A DNA stretch of 64,000 nucleotides from assembly GCA_002269645.1 (NCBI GenBank), contig NIVC01003014.1, positions 1-64,000 of the forward strand, written 5' to 3'. The position numbers and the translations under genes were made by a program. Numbering within the stretch: position 1 is the first letter of the stretch; the number at the start of each line of letters is the position of its first letter. The notes beneath the pieces are model-generated. The model saw only the letters and a program-made list of their open reading frames with translations, ran no database searches and had not been told where the DNA came from. The DNA comes from Macrostomum lignano (lineage: Eukaryota). Below, piece by piece: positions 1-12,306 of the stretch.

Positions 1-465
1 GCGAAGAGGAACGCCGGTATGAAAATCAACGCAACGCAGAGCGCGGAAGAGTAGCTCGAAGTCCTGGCCTCGGAGGGCTATATCGACGATTGCGGACTTA
101 AAAGCTCCCCGCAGGGGCGGCAGATGGAGGCCTTCGAGATGGAATAGCATATTGTCTATCTGCCCCGGGATGTGGCATTGGAGGCAGTCATAAATGTGGG
201 TCAGGTAGGAATCAGTAATGGTGAGGACAAACTTGGTTACGGACAGGGCGTCCATTACAACTGAAGAGATCGTGAAACAGGGAATCCGGGATTGCGGGCT
301 TGACGCGTACGAGGAAACGAAAGGGCGAGAGATAGGAGGGGTGATAGTAAATGAAACTGCGGCGATGTTGGCAATAATACGTCTGACACTGGCAATCAAA
401 TAGTGGACATCATCGGGGGCAGTAAGGGATGCGGCTTCAGCGTAGATACGTGCGAAAGTAGTCAT
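1..465 (-). CDS. Orphan intronless ORF (>=155 aa, MTTFARIYAEAAS...HTGVPLR), runs off the window start
   Basis: ATG at 465-463 after an AT-rich stretch; frame stays open to base 1 (manual translation). No family recognised. Confidence 0.35.
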   Translation of the reverse strand, partial: MTTFARIYAEAASLTAPDDVHYLIASVRRIIANIAAVSFTITPPISRPFVSSYASSPQSRIPCFTISSVVMDALSVTKFVLTITDSYLTHIYDCLQCHIPGQIDNMLFHLEGLHLPPLRGAFKSAIVDIALRGQDFELLFRALRCVDFHTGVPLR

Positions 466-853
466 GTTGAAATTATAATAAGTGAATTAAAGTACTTTAA
501 TTTAATTTACAGTGTTACCAAGTTGCTGGAACGGTAGAGACTGGATGTGAAGAGTGTCGTTCTTGCAGTTGGCTTCGGTAGTACTGGAGAGGAGATTAAC
601 TCAAGAGTGCAGGATTCTGTCAATCTATAGTGCTGCAAAAGTGCTAGTATAATAGTGCTGTTGATGGCGAATTCTGAAGGGAGTTGGGAACGGAGTTTGC
701 GGCGTCCTCATTGGTTGGTTAGGGGGATTCCAAGCCATGCCTGGGAGACGGGCGGTTATATTGGTGAAACTGAAGGGGACGGGTAAGGCTTGCTACTCCT
801 TCGCGACTCCGCTACTTCAAACACTCCCGACGACGATTGCTCGACTATTTATT

Positions 854-1129
854 ATGGCTATGCAAGCTCAACTCGAAAGGACGAGGAAGACGGCAGATCA
901 ATGGTGGTGGCTCTGTCGGCGGTTGTGGGAGCTCGAATTGCTGCTGGAGGACGGCTGGCCCCGCGACACGAAGCGGGGTGCTCGGCGGGGTTCGCGACTC
1001 CTGTCAGCGTTCAGGCGGCTAGTCACACCCGTCCGTAAGTGGTGTGAGCGCCGCCTCGAATGGTGGCAGGAGCTCCAGCACGTGGAAGAAGAGATTGTAG
1101 CGGGACGCCGATGGGTAATTTTATCCTAG
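854..1129 (+). CDS. Small Trp/Arg-rich orphan ORF (91 aa from MAMQAQLE...), divergent from the 465-1 ORF
   Basis: 3' part of track ORF 737..1129; ATG at 854 in an AT-rich context; no family recognised. Confidence 0.2.
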   Translation: MAMQAQLERTRKTADQWWWLCRRLWELELLLEDGWPRDTKRGARRGSRLLSAFRRLVTPVRKWCERRLEWWQELQHVEEEIVAGRRWVILS

Positions 1130-3549
1130 TTTAATGTAATGGAAGGGGCTAACCGACTGAAGGTAGGGGTAATCTTGAGTTTAATTTTTTTGTAATTTTG
1201 TATAGTTTTTGTAGATATGCTAACAACAATTGAATTACTTATTAGTGTACATATATTTATATTGTTATTGTTGCGATTACCCTTTTGTACGTGTGAATGT
1301 TTTTGTAAAAAAAATACATAACTAACCTGTTTAACTATTTGAATTGATAAAGGCTGCTCAGGTTAGAGGGGGGCTATGGTAGGGCTCAATCTTGACAAAG
1401 CAAAGGATGGATAGCGTAACAAGATGGTTAACAAAATAAGTAGGGCAAAAGCTGTATGGGGCACTAAGCATCTATTGCCTTTGGCAATAGGGAGATGAGA
1501 GAAAAGTAGAAGTTGTTTGGATCTTAATCCATCATACAAAAACGAGAAATGGCTAGGAAAAGAAAAAATTCCTGGGGAAATTGTTTATCAGAGATCGTGA
1601 AAAGGTCGCTGAACCGGAGGGTGAGTGGCAGGATGGAGCTGGCCTGGACAGTTTGATTAAGGAAAAGATTTTTTGTGGGAGATAAAGTTGAGTGATGGTT
1701 TTAATCAAGAAAAGAGGTCGCTCTGGGAGGTCGAGTAGGCACACAAAGTCTGATGTGGGCAGTTTGTTTAAGATTAATATTTATTGGAGGGAACTGGAGT
1801 TGATTAAACACGCAAGAAATTCCCAGCATCCCGAATGATCCATAGAAGGCAACTGCCAGAATCAGCAATCCGAAAAAAAAACTTGGGTCGATAAGGATTT
1901 GATGGATGGGGCTCGTGGGGTTTGCAAACAGTGAGTTTGGAGTGTTTAATCAAGAAAAATAATGAAAGGCTAGGCAAGCGGTCTACGAAAATCAGAAAAG
2001 TTTTCCGGATGAAGCACGCAGGTTCGGCAAACAATTGGTTGGGACTTTAATCAAGGAAAATGATGAATGGTCAGGCAAGCAGCCTGTCGGATAAGCGAAA
2101 AAATTTTTTTTTTTGTTGACAGCAAGAAATTGGTGGCTCCAGAGTTTGATTAATATTTGCTGAAGTGACTTTGTTTGAATAGCTCGTCAGGTTTTTTGCG
2201 TTTTCGTTCTTTCTTTCGGGCGCTTAACGGCGCAGAGAATCTGAGATAAGCCAGTTTTCTAGATGTGGCCACACACTGGGAAAAAACCGAGGAGGAAACG
2301 AATGGCTCAGTCACTTTGGAGAGTTTCAAGTTTACTTGAGGAAATCCAGAGTAGACTTTGCTATTCTATGGAAAAGCAGTGAAGAAAGAAGCGTCCAACA
2401 TTAAATAAACTTAAACAATTGATGATGCCGCGGTCTTTGAAAAATCGAAGCTTGGAAGCTTGAACAATTGAGGATCCGAATAACTGAATTGAATTTCTGC
2501 ATTGAAGCTCTGAGGCTTGAGAATAAGAACTCGATATCAGACGTTCGACGACGTTTCTTGAATTAGAGTGAAATTGAAATTGTTCCGGAACGATAATTTA
2601 TTGACTTTCATGGATCCTTTGAATCTGAAAAAACTTGAATCAGGTCTCAGTGCACTGGACAAAACTTAGAACCGATTTGAATTCTGAATTTGAATTTGAG
2701 GGCTCGTGATTTACGATTCATTCTTCGAATATGTATTACTGACAGTCTCGAATGCTCAAAGGGGAGGGGGGGGGGGAAGCCAGTCCAACCGTTCACACCC
2801 ATCAGCCACGCCTATAGCTGTCTACCCCATGCAGGGCATAGCGGCTATTGTGGTGAAAAGCATCGGAGGAAAAGTACGGTCAGGGAACCAGTGAAATATT
2901 TTAAAATATATGTTATTGTTCTTCTTCTGGTCTCTCACTTCTATGGCTCTTGTTCTACTTCAAATATCAATGTGAGAGCCAAATAACTGAGGCGCGCGGA
3001 TTCAACTGACTTTTCCTGATGATGCAAACACTTGATGGTAACTTACAGACCGTTGTATTTGATGGTCACAATCTCGAGATGTTTTCTCACAAAATATAAT
3101 GTCTAAGGTGGAATTCCAAATAAGAAGCTCGTTCGATTTAAGTCACAAGGTGTTTCTAGTTGTTCGGATGAACCGAAGGTTCAGTCTATTGTGAAACGTG
3201 GATTGGGTGTTGGTTTGGCTTTAGTAAGTCGACTTATAAGTTTTGGTGTTTGGGTTGAGACCCTAACTGTGTCAATCAAAATAGTCAAACGAGGTAAGCT
3301 AGGAGAATGGCGAAGGAGAGGCAAGGGCGTGGAGAGGCGGAGCGAGCAGAAAAAAGGGGAGCTTCTTGCTTGGTTAACATGAGCTTTTATAGTACTTTTC
3401 AGTCTTGATCGCATTGGATGGTACATAACTGCTTTTCATTGGTTGAGGTTGGGGTCGTGTCCTCAGCTTTTGCTATTTGGAGCGCATTCATTGGTTAAAA
3501 TACATTCAATCTGGATGGGAGCTTTCTAGAGCCAAAATGTATCACTTCA

Positions 3550-4348
3550 CAGGTAACACAAGTACTCTGGTGTACAATACTTCTACAGCAGATAATACTC
3601 ACCCAAAACAGATCGTCTCTTTCTCTTTAATCCTGTGCCAGACGGGTTTTCTTCAGATCCACCAGAAAATTCACAAATAGACTGACTGCCTGCACGGATA
3701 GCGGCTGCTGCTCCTGCTGCTGCTGCTGCTGCGGCTTGTGAGCAGCAAGTGAACCAAATGACGGATGCAGCGGCCAGCGGCGAGATCAGAATGCTCGCTG
3801 CTGATCGTTAAAGCGCATTCTTGTCTCTTAGGCATGTCGCTGGCGTTGCTGACTTCAGAAGCTGCGAGGAAAAGAAATCAATTAAGATAGGCTTGCTTTA
3901 GTAATCATTAATAGGCTATAAAGGAACCCTTTAATAGAACGTGTTCAACTAATGCTGGGTCTGTTTTGAAAAGTCAGAACTCAGAAGTAGTCGCGATTAG
4001 AATCAGTATTGTCCCAATAAGTGCGACCCAACAAATGCTGTTCAAAAAATAGGCCTGGCTGCAATGTCCCAATAAATGCCCAACAAATTACTAGCCTTGA
4101 GCTAGGCTGGGCTGTGTTTACTATTCATTGCGTTTGTAGCTTGTGTCCCAACAATGCCACTGAGATTGTTGCATTGCTTTTGAATTGTGCTCTATCAGGT
4201 AACACAAGTACTCTGGTGTACAATACTTCTACAGCAGATAATACTCACCCAAAACAGATCGTCTCTTTCTCTTTAATCCTGTGCCGGACGGGTTTTCTTC
4301 AGATCCACCAGAAAATTCACAAATAGACTGACTGCCTGCACGGATAGC

Positions 4349-4381
<33 letters not shown>

Positions 4382-4997
4382 GGCTTGTGAGCAGCAAGTG
4401 AACCAAATGACGGATGCAGCGGCCAGCGGCGAGATCAGAATGCTCGCTGCTGATCGTTAAAGCGCATTCTTGTCTCTTAGGCATGTCGCTGGCGTTGCTG
4501 ACTTCAGAAGCTGCGAGGAAAAGAAATCAATTAAGATAGGCTTGCTTTAGTAATCATTAATAGGCTATAAAGGAACCCTTTAATAGAACGTGTTCAACTA
4601 ATGCTGGGTCTGTTTTGAAAAGTCAGAACTCAGAAGTAGTCGCGATTAGAATCAGTATTGTCCCAATAAGTGCGACCCAACAAATGCTGTTCAAAAAATA
4701 GGCCTGGCTGCAATGTCCCAATAAATGCCCAACAAATTACTAGCCTTGAGCTAGGCTGGGCTGTGTTTACTATTCTTTGCGTTTGTAGCTTGTGTCCCAA
4801 CAATGCCACTGAGATTGTTGCATTGCTTTTGAATTGTGCTCTACCAGGTAACACAAGTACTCTGGTGTACAATACTTCTACAGCAGATAATACTCACCCA
4901 AAACAGATCGTCTCTTTCTCTTTAATCCTGTGCCGGACGGGTTATCTTCAGATCCACCAGAAAATTCACAAATAGACTGACTGCCTGCACGGATAGC

Positions 4998-5030
<33 letters not shown>

Positions 5031-5639
5031 GGCTTGTGAGCAGCAAGTGAACCAAATGACGGATGCAGCGGCGAGATCAGAATGCTCGCTGCTGATCGTT
5101 AAAGCGCATTCTTGTCTCTTAGGCATGTCGCTGGCGTTGCTGACTTCAGAAGCTGCGAGGAAAAGAAATCAATTAAGATAGGCTTGCTTTAGTAATCATT
5201 AATAGGCTATAAAGGAACCCTTTAATAGAACGTGTTCAACTAATGCTGGGTCTGTTTTGAAAAGTCAGAACTCAGAAGTAGTCGCGATTAGAATCAGTAT
5301 TGTCCCAATAAGTGCGACCCAACAAATGCTGTTCAAAAAATAGGCCTGGCTGCAATGTCCCAATAAATGCCCAACAAATTACTAGCCTTGAGCTAGGCTG
5401 GGCTGTGTTTACTATTCATTGCGTTTGTAGCTTGTGTCCCAACAATGCCACTGAGATTGTTGCATTGCTTTTGAATTGTGCTCTACCAGGTAACACAAGT
5501 ACTCTGGTGTACAATACTTCTACAGCAGATAATACTCACCCAAAACAGATCGTCTCTTTCTCTTTAATCCTGTGCCGGACGGGTTTTCTTCAGATCCACC
5601 AGAAAATTCACAAATAGACTGACTGCCTGCACGGATAGC

Positions 5640-5672
<33 letters not shown>

Positions 5673-6343
5673 GGTTTGTGAGCAGCAAGTGAACTAAATG
5701 ACGGATGCAGCGGCGAGATCAGAATGCTCGCTGCTGATCGTTAAAGCGCATTCTTGTCTCTTAGGCATGTCGCTGGCGTTGCTGACTTCAGAAGCTGCGA
5801 GGAAAAGAAATCAATTAAGATAGGCTTGCTTTAGTAATCATTAATAGGCTATAAAGGAACCCTTTAATAGAACGTGTTCAACTAATGCTGGGTCTGTTTT
5901 GAAAAGTCAGAACTCAGAAGTAGTCGCGATTAGAATCAGTATTGTCCCAATAAGTGCGACCCAACAAATGCTGTTCAAAAAATAGGCCTGGCTGCAATGT
6001 CCCAATAAATGCCCAACAAATTACTAGCCTTGAGCTAGGCTGGGCTGTGTTTACTATTCTTTGCGTTTGTATAGCTTGTGTCCCAACAATGCCACTGAGA
6101 TTGTTGCATTGCTTTTGAATTGTGCTCTATCAGGTAACACAAGTACTCTGGTGTACAATACTTCTACAGCAGATAATACTCACCCAAAACAGATCGTCTC
6201 TTTCTCTTTAATCCTGTGCCGGACGGGTTTTCTTCAGATCCACCAGAAAATTCACAAATAGACTGACTGCCTGCACGGATAGCGGCTGCTGCTGCTGCGG
6301 CTTGTGAGCAGCAAGTGAACCAAATGACGGATGCAGCGGCGAG
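3550..6343. repeat. Tandem array of ~645-bp units (about 4.3 copies) containing a variable (GCT)n tract
   Basis: CAGGTAACACAAGTACTCTGG recurs about every 642-649 bp from 3550; units are near-identical. Confidence 0.95.
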
Positions 6344-6360
6344 TTTGAATGCGGATGAAC
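3603..6360 (-). CDS. Putative repeated phase-1/phase-1 exon of an unknown gene (ASEVSNASDMPKRQEC...polyAla...GLKRKRRSVL); copies 6360-6184, 5794-5540, 5152-4898, 4510-4249, 3861-3603
   Basis: The four full units have a ttttcctcgcag acceptor, the 6360 copy has its own (ccacgcacag), and all have a G|gtgagt donor on the minus strand. Copies 5152-4898 (255 nt) and 6360-6184 (177 nt) are open; the others carry a TAG or a 7-nt insertion. Confidence 0.4.
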
Positions 6361-9234
6361 CTGTGCGTGGGCGCACAAAAGAAAAATAACTTATTGAGAA
6401 ATCGGTCTGATTTGTTTGAAAACAGATTTAAATGTCGCTGTTCTAATAAATGCTTCATTGTCAATGAAATTTTACTGTACAATTAAAATACTCGAGGTTT
6501 GTCCCAACGCTGCTGCTTGTGTGAGTCAGATGGAGTACAATTTTCACTTTCCCGATAGTGCCGCAACAACTTACTTTCTCACTAGCTGACTGCAGGCAGG
6601 CTTGCTTGTTTTAATAATGCCCTAGAGAACAAAACACTTATTGCAATTGAGTTTCAGTTACTAGGAGTTGCAATTTTCTGAGATCCTATCTCTTTGCTGA
6701 CCGCCCATTTTTCCATTCAGATGAGCTTCTTTTTTGCTGCTGACTCTGCCCTGCTTTTCTTTCGGCGTTTGCCTTTGCAGTAAGCTTTGTTTCTCGTTCT
6801 AGAATGCTGTCATTTTTATACTGTTCTTTAGTTATGCAATAGCACTGCTTTGGGTAAAAAATAATTCGACTATCGAATTATAACAGTAATATATTACATT
6901 AGTTGCCCAGAAAACTCACATAGTATTTCTCCAAGTCTCTAGTACTGTGGGCGATGTGTCGTGCGAGATTTCTTTCCAAATGTTTTGATTGAAACTTCTA
7001 GTAAAATTTGTTCTTCCTAGAAGTGTAAATTTTGCCTACTTATGATTGCTCAACTGGCTGTTGTAAATTAATTGATAAATAAGGTGATCGTTCCGCCTCT
7101 CTTATATTTCACTGAGCTCAGAGTATTACTAGGCTGCTTATTATTTTTTTCAACGTACAAAAATACGACATATACGAGTACGAGACAATACTTACTGGAC
7201 AATGAAGGCAAATCTGTTTGTTATAGAAGAAAACGGTAAGCTTATCGATATCAACGTATCTGGAATTTTAGAAAAGACATATGTAAATTCCAGTTAAGTT
7301 TTTATTTAATCATAAAATTTTAAAAAGAATTTTAAATTCTACTTACATATGTGTAATGGTTCCTAGCCAAGTCTTTTCATGCCAGGTCATGCATGGTAAC
7401 TCTTGTGACGTGGCACATTTTGTCTGTGTAGTGCAGGTCTCGTAAATGAATTATATTCGTTTGAACATATGCAGTACGCCGTTTGTCAAAGGGAACTTCT
7501 ACATGTACCTTTCCGTTAGAATTGGCTCTTCCTCTTGTAGACCTCAACTTCAGTGTAAACTTTATCCTGACTCCCTTGCGCCCGCCTCTCCTCCCCGCTC
7601 CCCCCCCCGCCGCGATAGGAATGTACACGTGGCCTGGGTAAGGGATTGCCTGGGTCTTGTACACGCTTGTCCTAACACTTCTGCACTGTACGTGGGTTTA
7701 TCTTTACGATCCAAGATAAGGCCTAGTAGTTTTTTCATGTTTTTCAGGAAGGCCTAGTAGTTAGTTTTGGGCCAACTAGTCATCGATTTCGACTTTACAG
7801 TGACAGTGACACGCAAACATGTGCTAGCAGTCCATGCAGTCATCTAAGTTTCTTGGTATCTCAGTACATTTCAGTATACCAGACGATAATTATCACAATT
7901 CTAGAAAACATTTTGCTGCATAGTATGGCTGCCAAAACCCAGGCCAATAAGGAAGTCATTTAAAGCCTTAGAGATTAAACGTTTCCCTTTAATACTCGTC
8001 CTTGGTTTTCTCGGGAAATGCAAAGTTTTTCTTTGCCCTTTATTTCTTTGCTCTAAAAGCGCTTCATAAGACTGAGAATTTCCACCGGAAAACTACCTCA
8101 CTCAAAGTGTCACTTTACGTTAATGGCCTCCAGTCACTAACTTGAGTCCGTGGCGTTAATCCCATTCACATATGACAAATAGATTAATGCAGCGGATTTA
8201 AAACGAGAATTTCAGTTAAAATGGCCGAGGGCACAGGCGGATGTAACCTTAATTTGCCATGTTTCGTGTATAAGTGAAATTGGAAGCTAATGAATTTAGA
8301 TGCTAGCTGTTTCTATGCAAAAATCTAAATATACTAAATCTATAAGGTTTGTATGCTTGATTGTAATATTCTAAATCTTTATTAAATTATTTCATATTTT
8401 ATAGTAAACACGATGCCAAATGTCAGGATCCTTTCAAGTGTCGATTGGCAGCCCTGTGGAGAACCTCTATCTGTTACTTGTAGTAGACTTTCTTGATATT
8501 GTAAGAAATATTGTAATAAAACGAGAATTCCGATTTGAGACCCAATTGTTCTGTTGGATCAGACCATCAGTTCGCATAATTTTTTAAACTTCTTAGGACA
8601 CTGCAAATCATTAGATTCCCCGTGTTTGATTAAAAATATGAAAAAATGACATTGATTTTTGAAAGGAGAATCGAAAGACGGTTCCAATGAATATTTTTTC
8701 ATTTCAATAGACTTCATTTTTGGAAGTGTCGGGACGCACTTATTGGGCCTGGCCCAACACATTTTTGGTCCTAATAGCACGGGTCAGTTTATACACGCTT
8801 GTCCCAAGAAATGCCTAATGCACAAACACACTGATACGCGCGCAGTCACACAAACACACAGGGTGCACAGTGGCCCTGACTTTCTTATGCCTCGGACATG
8901 GACACACTCTAAAGGGATGGCTGTCATGGGCGAGAATCTTGTTGGAATGGGTATATTTTGAAAAATCGCAATTAAAACTCGCAGCTTGCCTACTAACTGC
9001 CTCAAAAGAGTAGTATAAATTGCGCATGAACGCTAAATTACGAATTTCTACAATTATACGCTCGCAGATCATACATGGCTTGGGGCTACCAAAAGTTGAA
9101 GGTTGATCGAACCTGACAGCTCAATCTGGCCCAAAGATGTCGATTACGTCGTACCTGCAAGTGGCGTTTCTTTGTTGGTGATGAATCCTAATACATGCTT
9201 GCAGGTTTTTATTTTAGAACGAAGAACGACCGCG

Positions 9235-9450
9235 TAACAAGTTATCGCTCACGTTTGCACAGCCTAGCCACGCGATGACTGGTCTATTGAAGCTTGAGCC
9301 GGTCCTGCTTTGGACTCACTCGGGCAGAGAGCCGGACGATCTGGCTTGGAGGTTATCAGCCAGCTGGCAGTCCTGAGAGCCGGATGGCGGCTGCATGGTA
9401 CTGGGTCAGCTGCACCCTCACTGTGGACTACTCTCTCCGTGGGGCGACAA
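9235..9450 (+). pseudogene. Decayed C-type-lectin-like fragment related to the two lectin genes later in the window
   Basis: Track ORF 9294..9575 contains IWLGGYQPAGSPE...WYWVSC, resembling LGGVQAPGSVEPAGGWSWQPC of the paralogs. LSLTFAQ lies just upstream in another frame. Confidence 0.4.
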
Positions 9451-9818
9451 TGAACCGAATAATGCTGCTGGAGACGAAAGAATTCACTATTTTCATAATT
9501 ACATTAATCTACTTTCCCAAGGCTGAAGTAGCTTCGAATTTCAAGTGTTTGAAGAATTTTCATATTTCTATGTAGAATAACTTAAAGATTTAATTTCAAA
9601 GATAATTTGAAAAACAAACATTTTTCGGTCTGCTTAACTTGTATAATATTTCAGCTGATTATGATTCTGCATCTAAATGTATGTGGCTGCTGTAATAATT
9701 ACTTGAATCTCCGGCAATTGTTCCTTGAAAGTAGTGCATGGTGCGTAGGATCCTTGAACAGCTGAATATTAATTTACAAAGGCAACTCCATGGCATTTCA
9801 TTTCCATGCTTGCCGATC

Positions 9819-10050
9819 CAACAACAATAACAGCAAAATCAACAGCAACAACAACAACAACAACAACAACAACAAAATAACGACACTAAGAACAAGCAAG
9901 TAGAACAACAGTAGCAACTAAACATATAACCACTACTAGCAACAATAGAAATATACATGAAGCTACAACAAAATAACAGTTAAAATAACAATAAACACAA
10001 AAACAACAACGACACCAACAACAGAGACAACAACAATAATAATAATAAGA
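9819..10050. repeat. Degenerate (AAC)n microsatellite
   Basis: Visible caacaacaac runs. Confidence 0.9.
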
Positions 10051-10416
10051 CATTCACACTGTCATCAAGGTTTTTTGAAAGAAAATGACAACAGCGCCAC
10101 ACAGGGCACGCCTCAAAGCTTGAGCCTACTCAAACAACAGATCAGACAGTCAACAAAATGGCGAGTGCGCGCCTTGTCCTCTCCGGTAGTATGGGCTGTT
10201 TGCAGCCACGGCAGCAGGCTGCAGGTGCTTCAAGGTTTGAAGGTTTGAAGCTCTGACCTTGAAGGTGCTTCAACCTGCCGTTTTTTGCTCATATAGCGTC
10301 CAAGTCTTAGAACAACAGGCTCGCGGACTTCAGGTTGTAAAAAACAGTTTAATCCTAAACTTGAAAATCATATTATTCATTCAGTAGTATATTCTACAGA
10401 ATCGCTTTCTAACTTA

Positions 10417-10622
10417 GGGATGCCCTAGCCTAGTGGTTTAGTGCAACGCTCTGATGTCCCAGCGGCCCAGGCTCGATTCCAAGTGCAGTCACATTAATTT
10501 GAAGCTAAATTGGAATCTCTGCTTGGCTTTGGTCATGCAACTGACGCCCTTGAGGCCCAAACACCAAGGCACAGTGAAGTGTACATGCTGCGCCAGAGTC
10601 CCGTGACCCTAACTAACTAAAA
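10417..10622 (+). mobile_element. tRNA-derived SINE
   Basis: Pol III A-box TAGCCTAGTGG (10426), B-box-like GGCTCGATTCC (10470), non-tRNA body and a TAAC-repeat tail. Confidence 0.6.
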
Positions 10623-11137
10623 TTATCTAAATCATCGGGTAATGTTGCCACCTAAGAATAACAAATTTTGCAGTTTAGATTCTCACTTAAGTGCCAAGCA
10701 ATTATGTCAATTCAAATTCGCACAACTGTTTTAATAGAAAATATCGGTGCAACTGTGTGCCGAGTTCGGCCTAATAAACAGCCACGAAAAATTGATATTC
10801 AGAGACAAACGTAAAAAAAGTAAGCTCGCAATCTTAAATTAGCATTCGAAAGTAGCTATATAACAAAAAAATCGAGGCCAAATAGAATTTTCAGAACTTG
10901 AAAAATTTAAATGAGAAATTATAAATTAAAAAATTTAATAAAACACACCAGTTCTGAACTTTACTGCGTTTTTCGCGATGCAGATTTTCACGTTTTATAT
11001 CTTTGAATTTCTGCCAACTCCGAGGCCATTAGAGATGCTGTTTTAAATAATAAAAAAAGGGTTCAATGCTCATCTGGTATCTGCAGAACCACAGAATGTA
11101 CCTACTCGTAGAATGTATGAACAACTGCAGTAGAAGG

Positions 11138-11512
11138 ATATTTCTGTAGTCTATTACCGTGCCTGAGTCGGGAAGAAACATGTTTCTGTAGTTTATTTCC
11201 GTACCCAAGTGGGTAATAAAAACGTTTTTGTGGTTTATTTCCGTACCCAAGTGGGTAATAAAAACGTTTTTGTAGTTTATTTCCGTGCCCAAGGAAATAA
11301 AAACGTTTCTGTAGTTTATGGACCAGCGCAAGTGGAAAATAAATACGTTTCTGTAGTCTATGGCCCAGCCTAAGTGGGGAATGAATACGTTTCTGTAGTT
11401 TATGGCCCAGCCTAAGTGGATAATAAATACGTTTCTGTAGTCTATGGCTCAGCCTAAGTGGGGAATGAATACGTTTTTTTAGTTTTGTGTAGGTCGGGTC
11501 CAAGTGGGAAAT
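11138..11512. repeat. ~42-bp degenerate minisatellite (GTTTCTGTAGTCTATGGCCCAGCCTAAGTGGG...)
   Basis: Visible periodicity; 14-aa periodic ORF 11102..11503. Confidence 0.85.
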
Positions 11513-11928
11513 GAAGAAATGAAAAATACTAAAACACCAATACTTTTCATATCGTTGTTTTATTTACTCCATTCTAGTTTATTTGAATTTGAAGTTGAAG
11601 TTGAAAGGCGTCTAATTGAATAAACAAGACTTATTAAAATGTTGAAGTAAAGTTATTTAAAATGGCGCCAGGTTCCAGGGGTTATAAATAATAGCGTTAT
11701 CCATTAAAAGTCAAATTAATACGCATTTTATAGGTTGGCTTATTCGACTTATTAAATTTTGCGGGCAGCTAAGCTGAGAAGACAAGAGAAAGTTTTGAGT
11801 GTTTTAGAACTAACTCAAGTCAGAACTCTTTAGAGACATGCTAGCTGTAAAATAATGAAAAGTAATGTAAGTGGATTAAAAAGTATGTGTTCGATGGGTG
11901 TGTTTAAATGGGAAGCATTTTGACTCTT

Positions 11929-12066
11929 GGTAGGGTTATGGCTCAGGTTAGGGCTATGGTTTAGGTTAGGATTACGGTTTATAGGCTAGGGTTTTAGTTC
12001 AGGTTATGATTATGGTTTAGGTTATCGTTGTGATTTAGGCTAGAACTTAGATTTTAGGTTAGGTTC
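11929..12066. repeat. Degenerate TTAGG(G)-like tract
   Basis: ggttagggctatggtttaggttaggatt... repeats. Confidence 0.6.
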
Positions 12067-12306
12067 GATAGTTGATTTTTGGTCTGTCAAATTTATCTTT
12101 TAATGATGACGTAGCTTAAAGTTATATTTGAAAGGTAACCTTTCGAATAAATTTGTTATACATACATGCATAGGTATTTTTAAAGGTATGCTTTTTCGAG
12201 AAATACACGTGCCATTTTGCTAGATTTGCATAAATCTGATTGACATATCAATGGGACTAAAACGGTACGAAAACGGGACTTCGATGAAAAAAAATATAGA
12301 TTTTAA

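Noticed and set aside
3016-3060. CTGATGA as a possible hammerhead ribozyme core
   Set aside because: No stem II followed by GAAA.
4021-6261. Plus-strand 101-aa ORF repeated in the 645-bp units
   Set aside because: No ATG start or family motifs, and the splice signals favour the minus strand.
10417-10490. Functional tRNA genes here and at 17702 and 18929
   Set aside because: Only A/B boxes are present; there is no complete cloverleaf or pol III terminator, and the sequence continues into SINE bodies.
11929-12066. True telomere or fusion site
   Set aside because: Highly degenerate, short and single-orientation; more like a TE-associated simple repeat.
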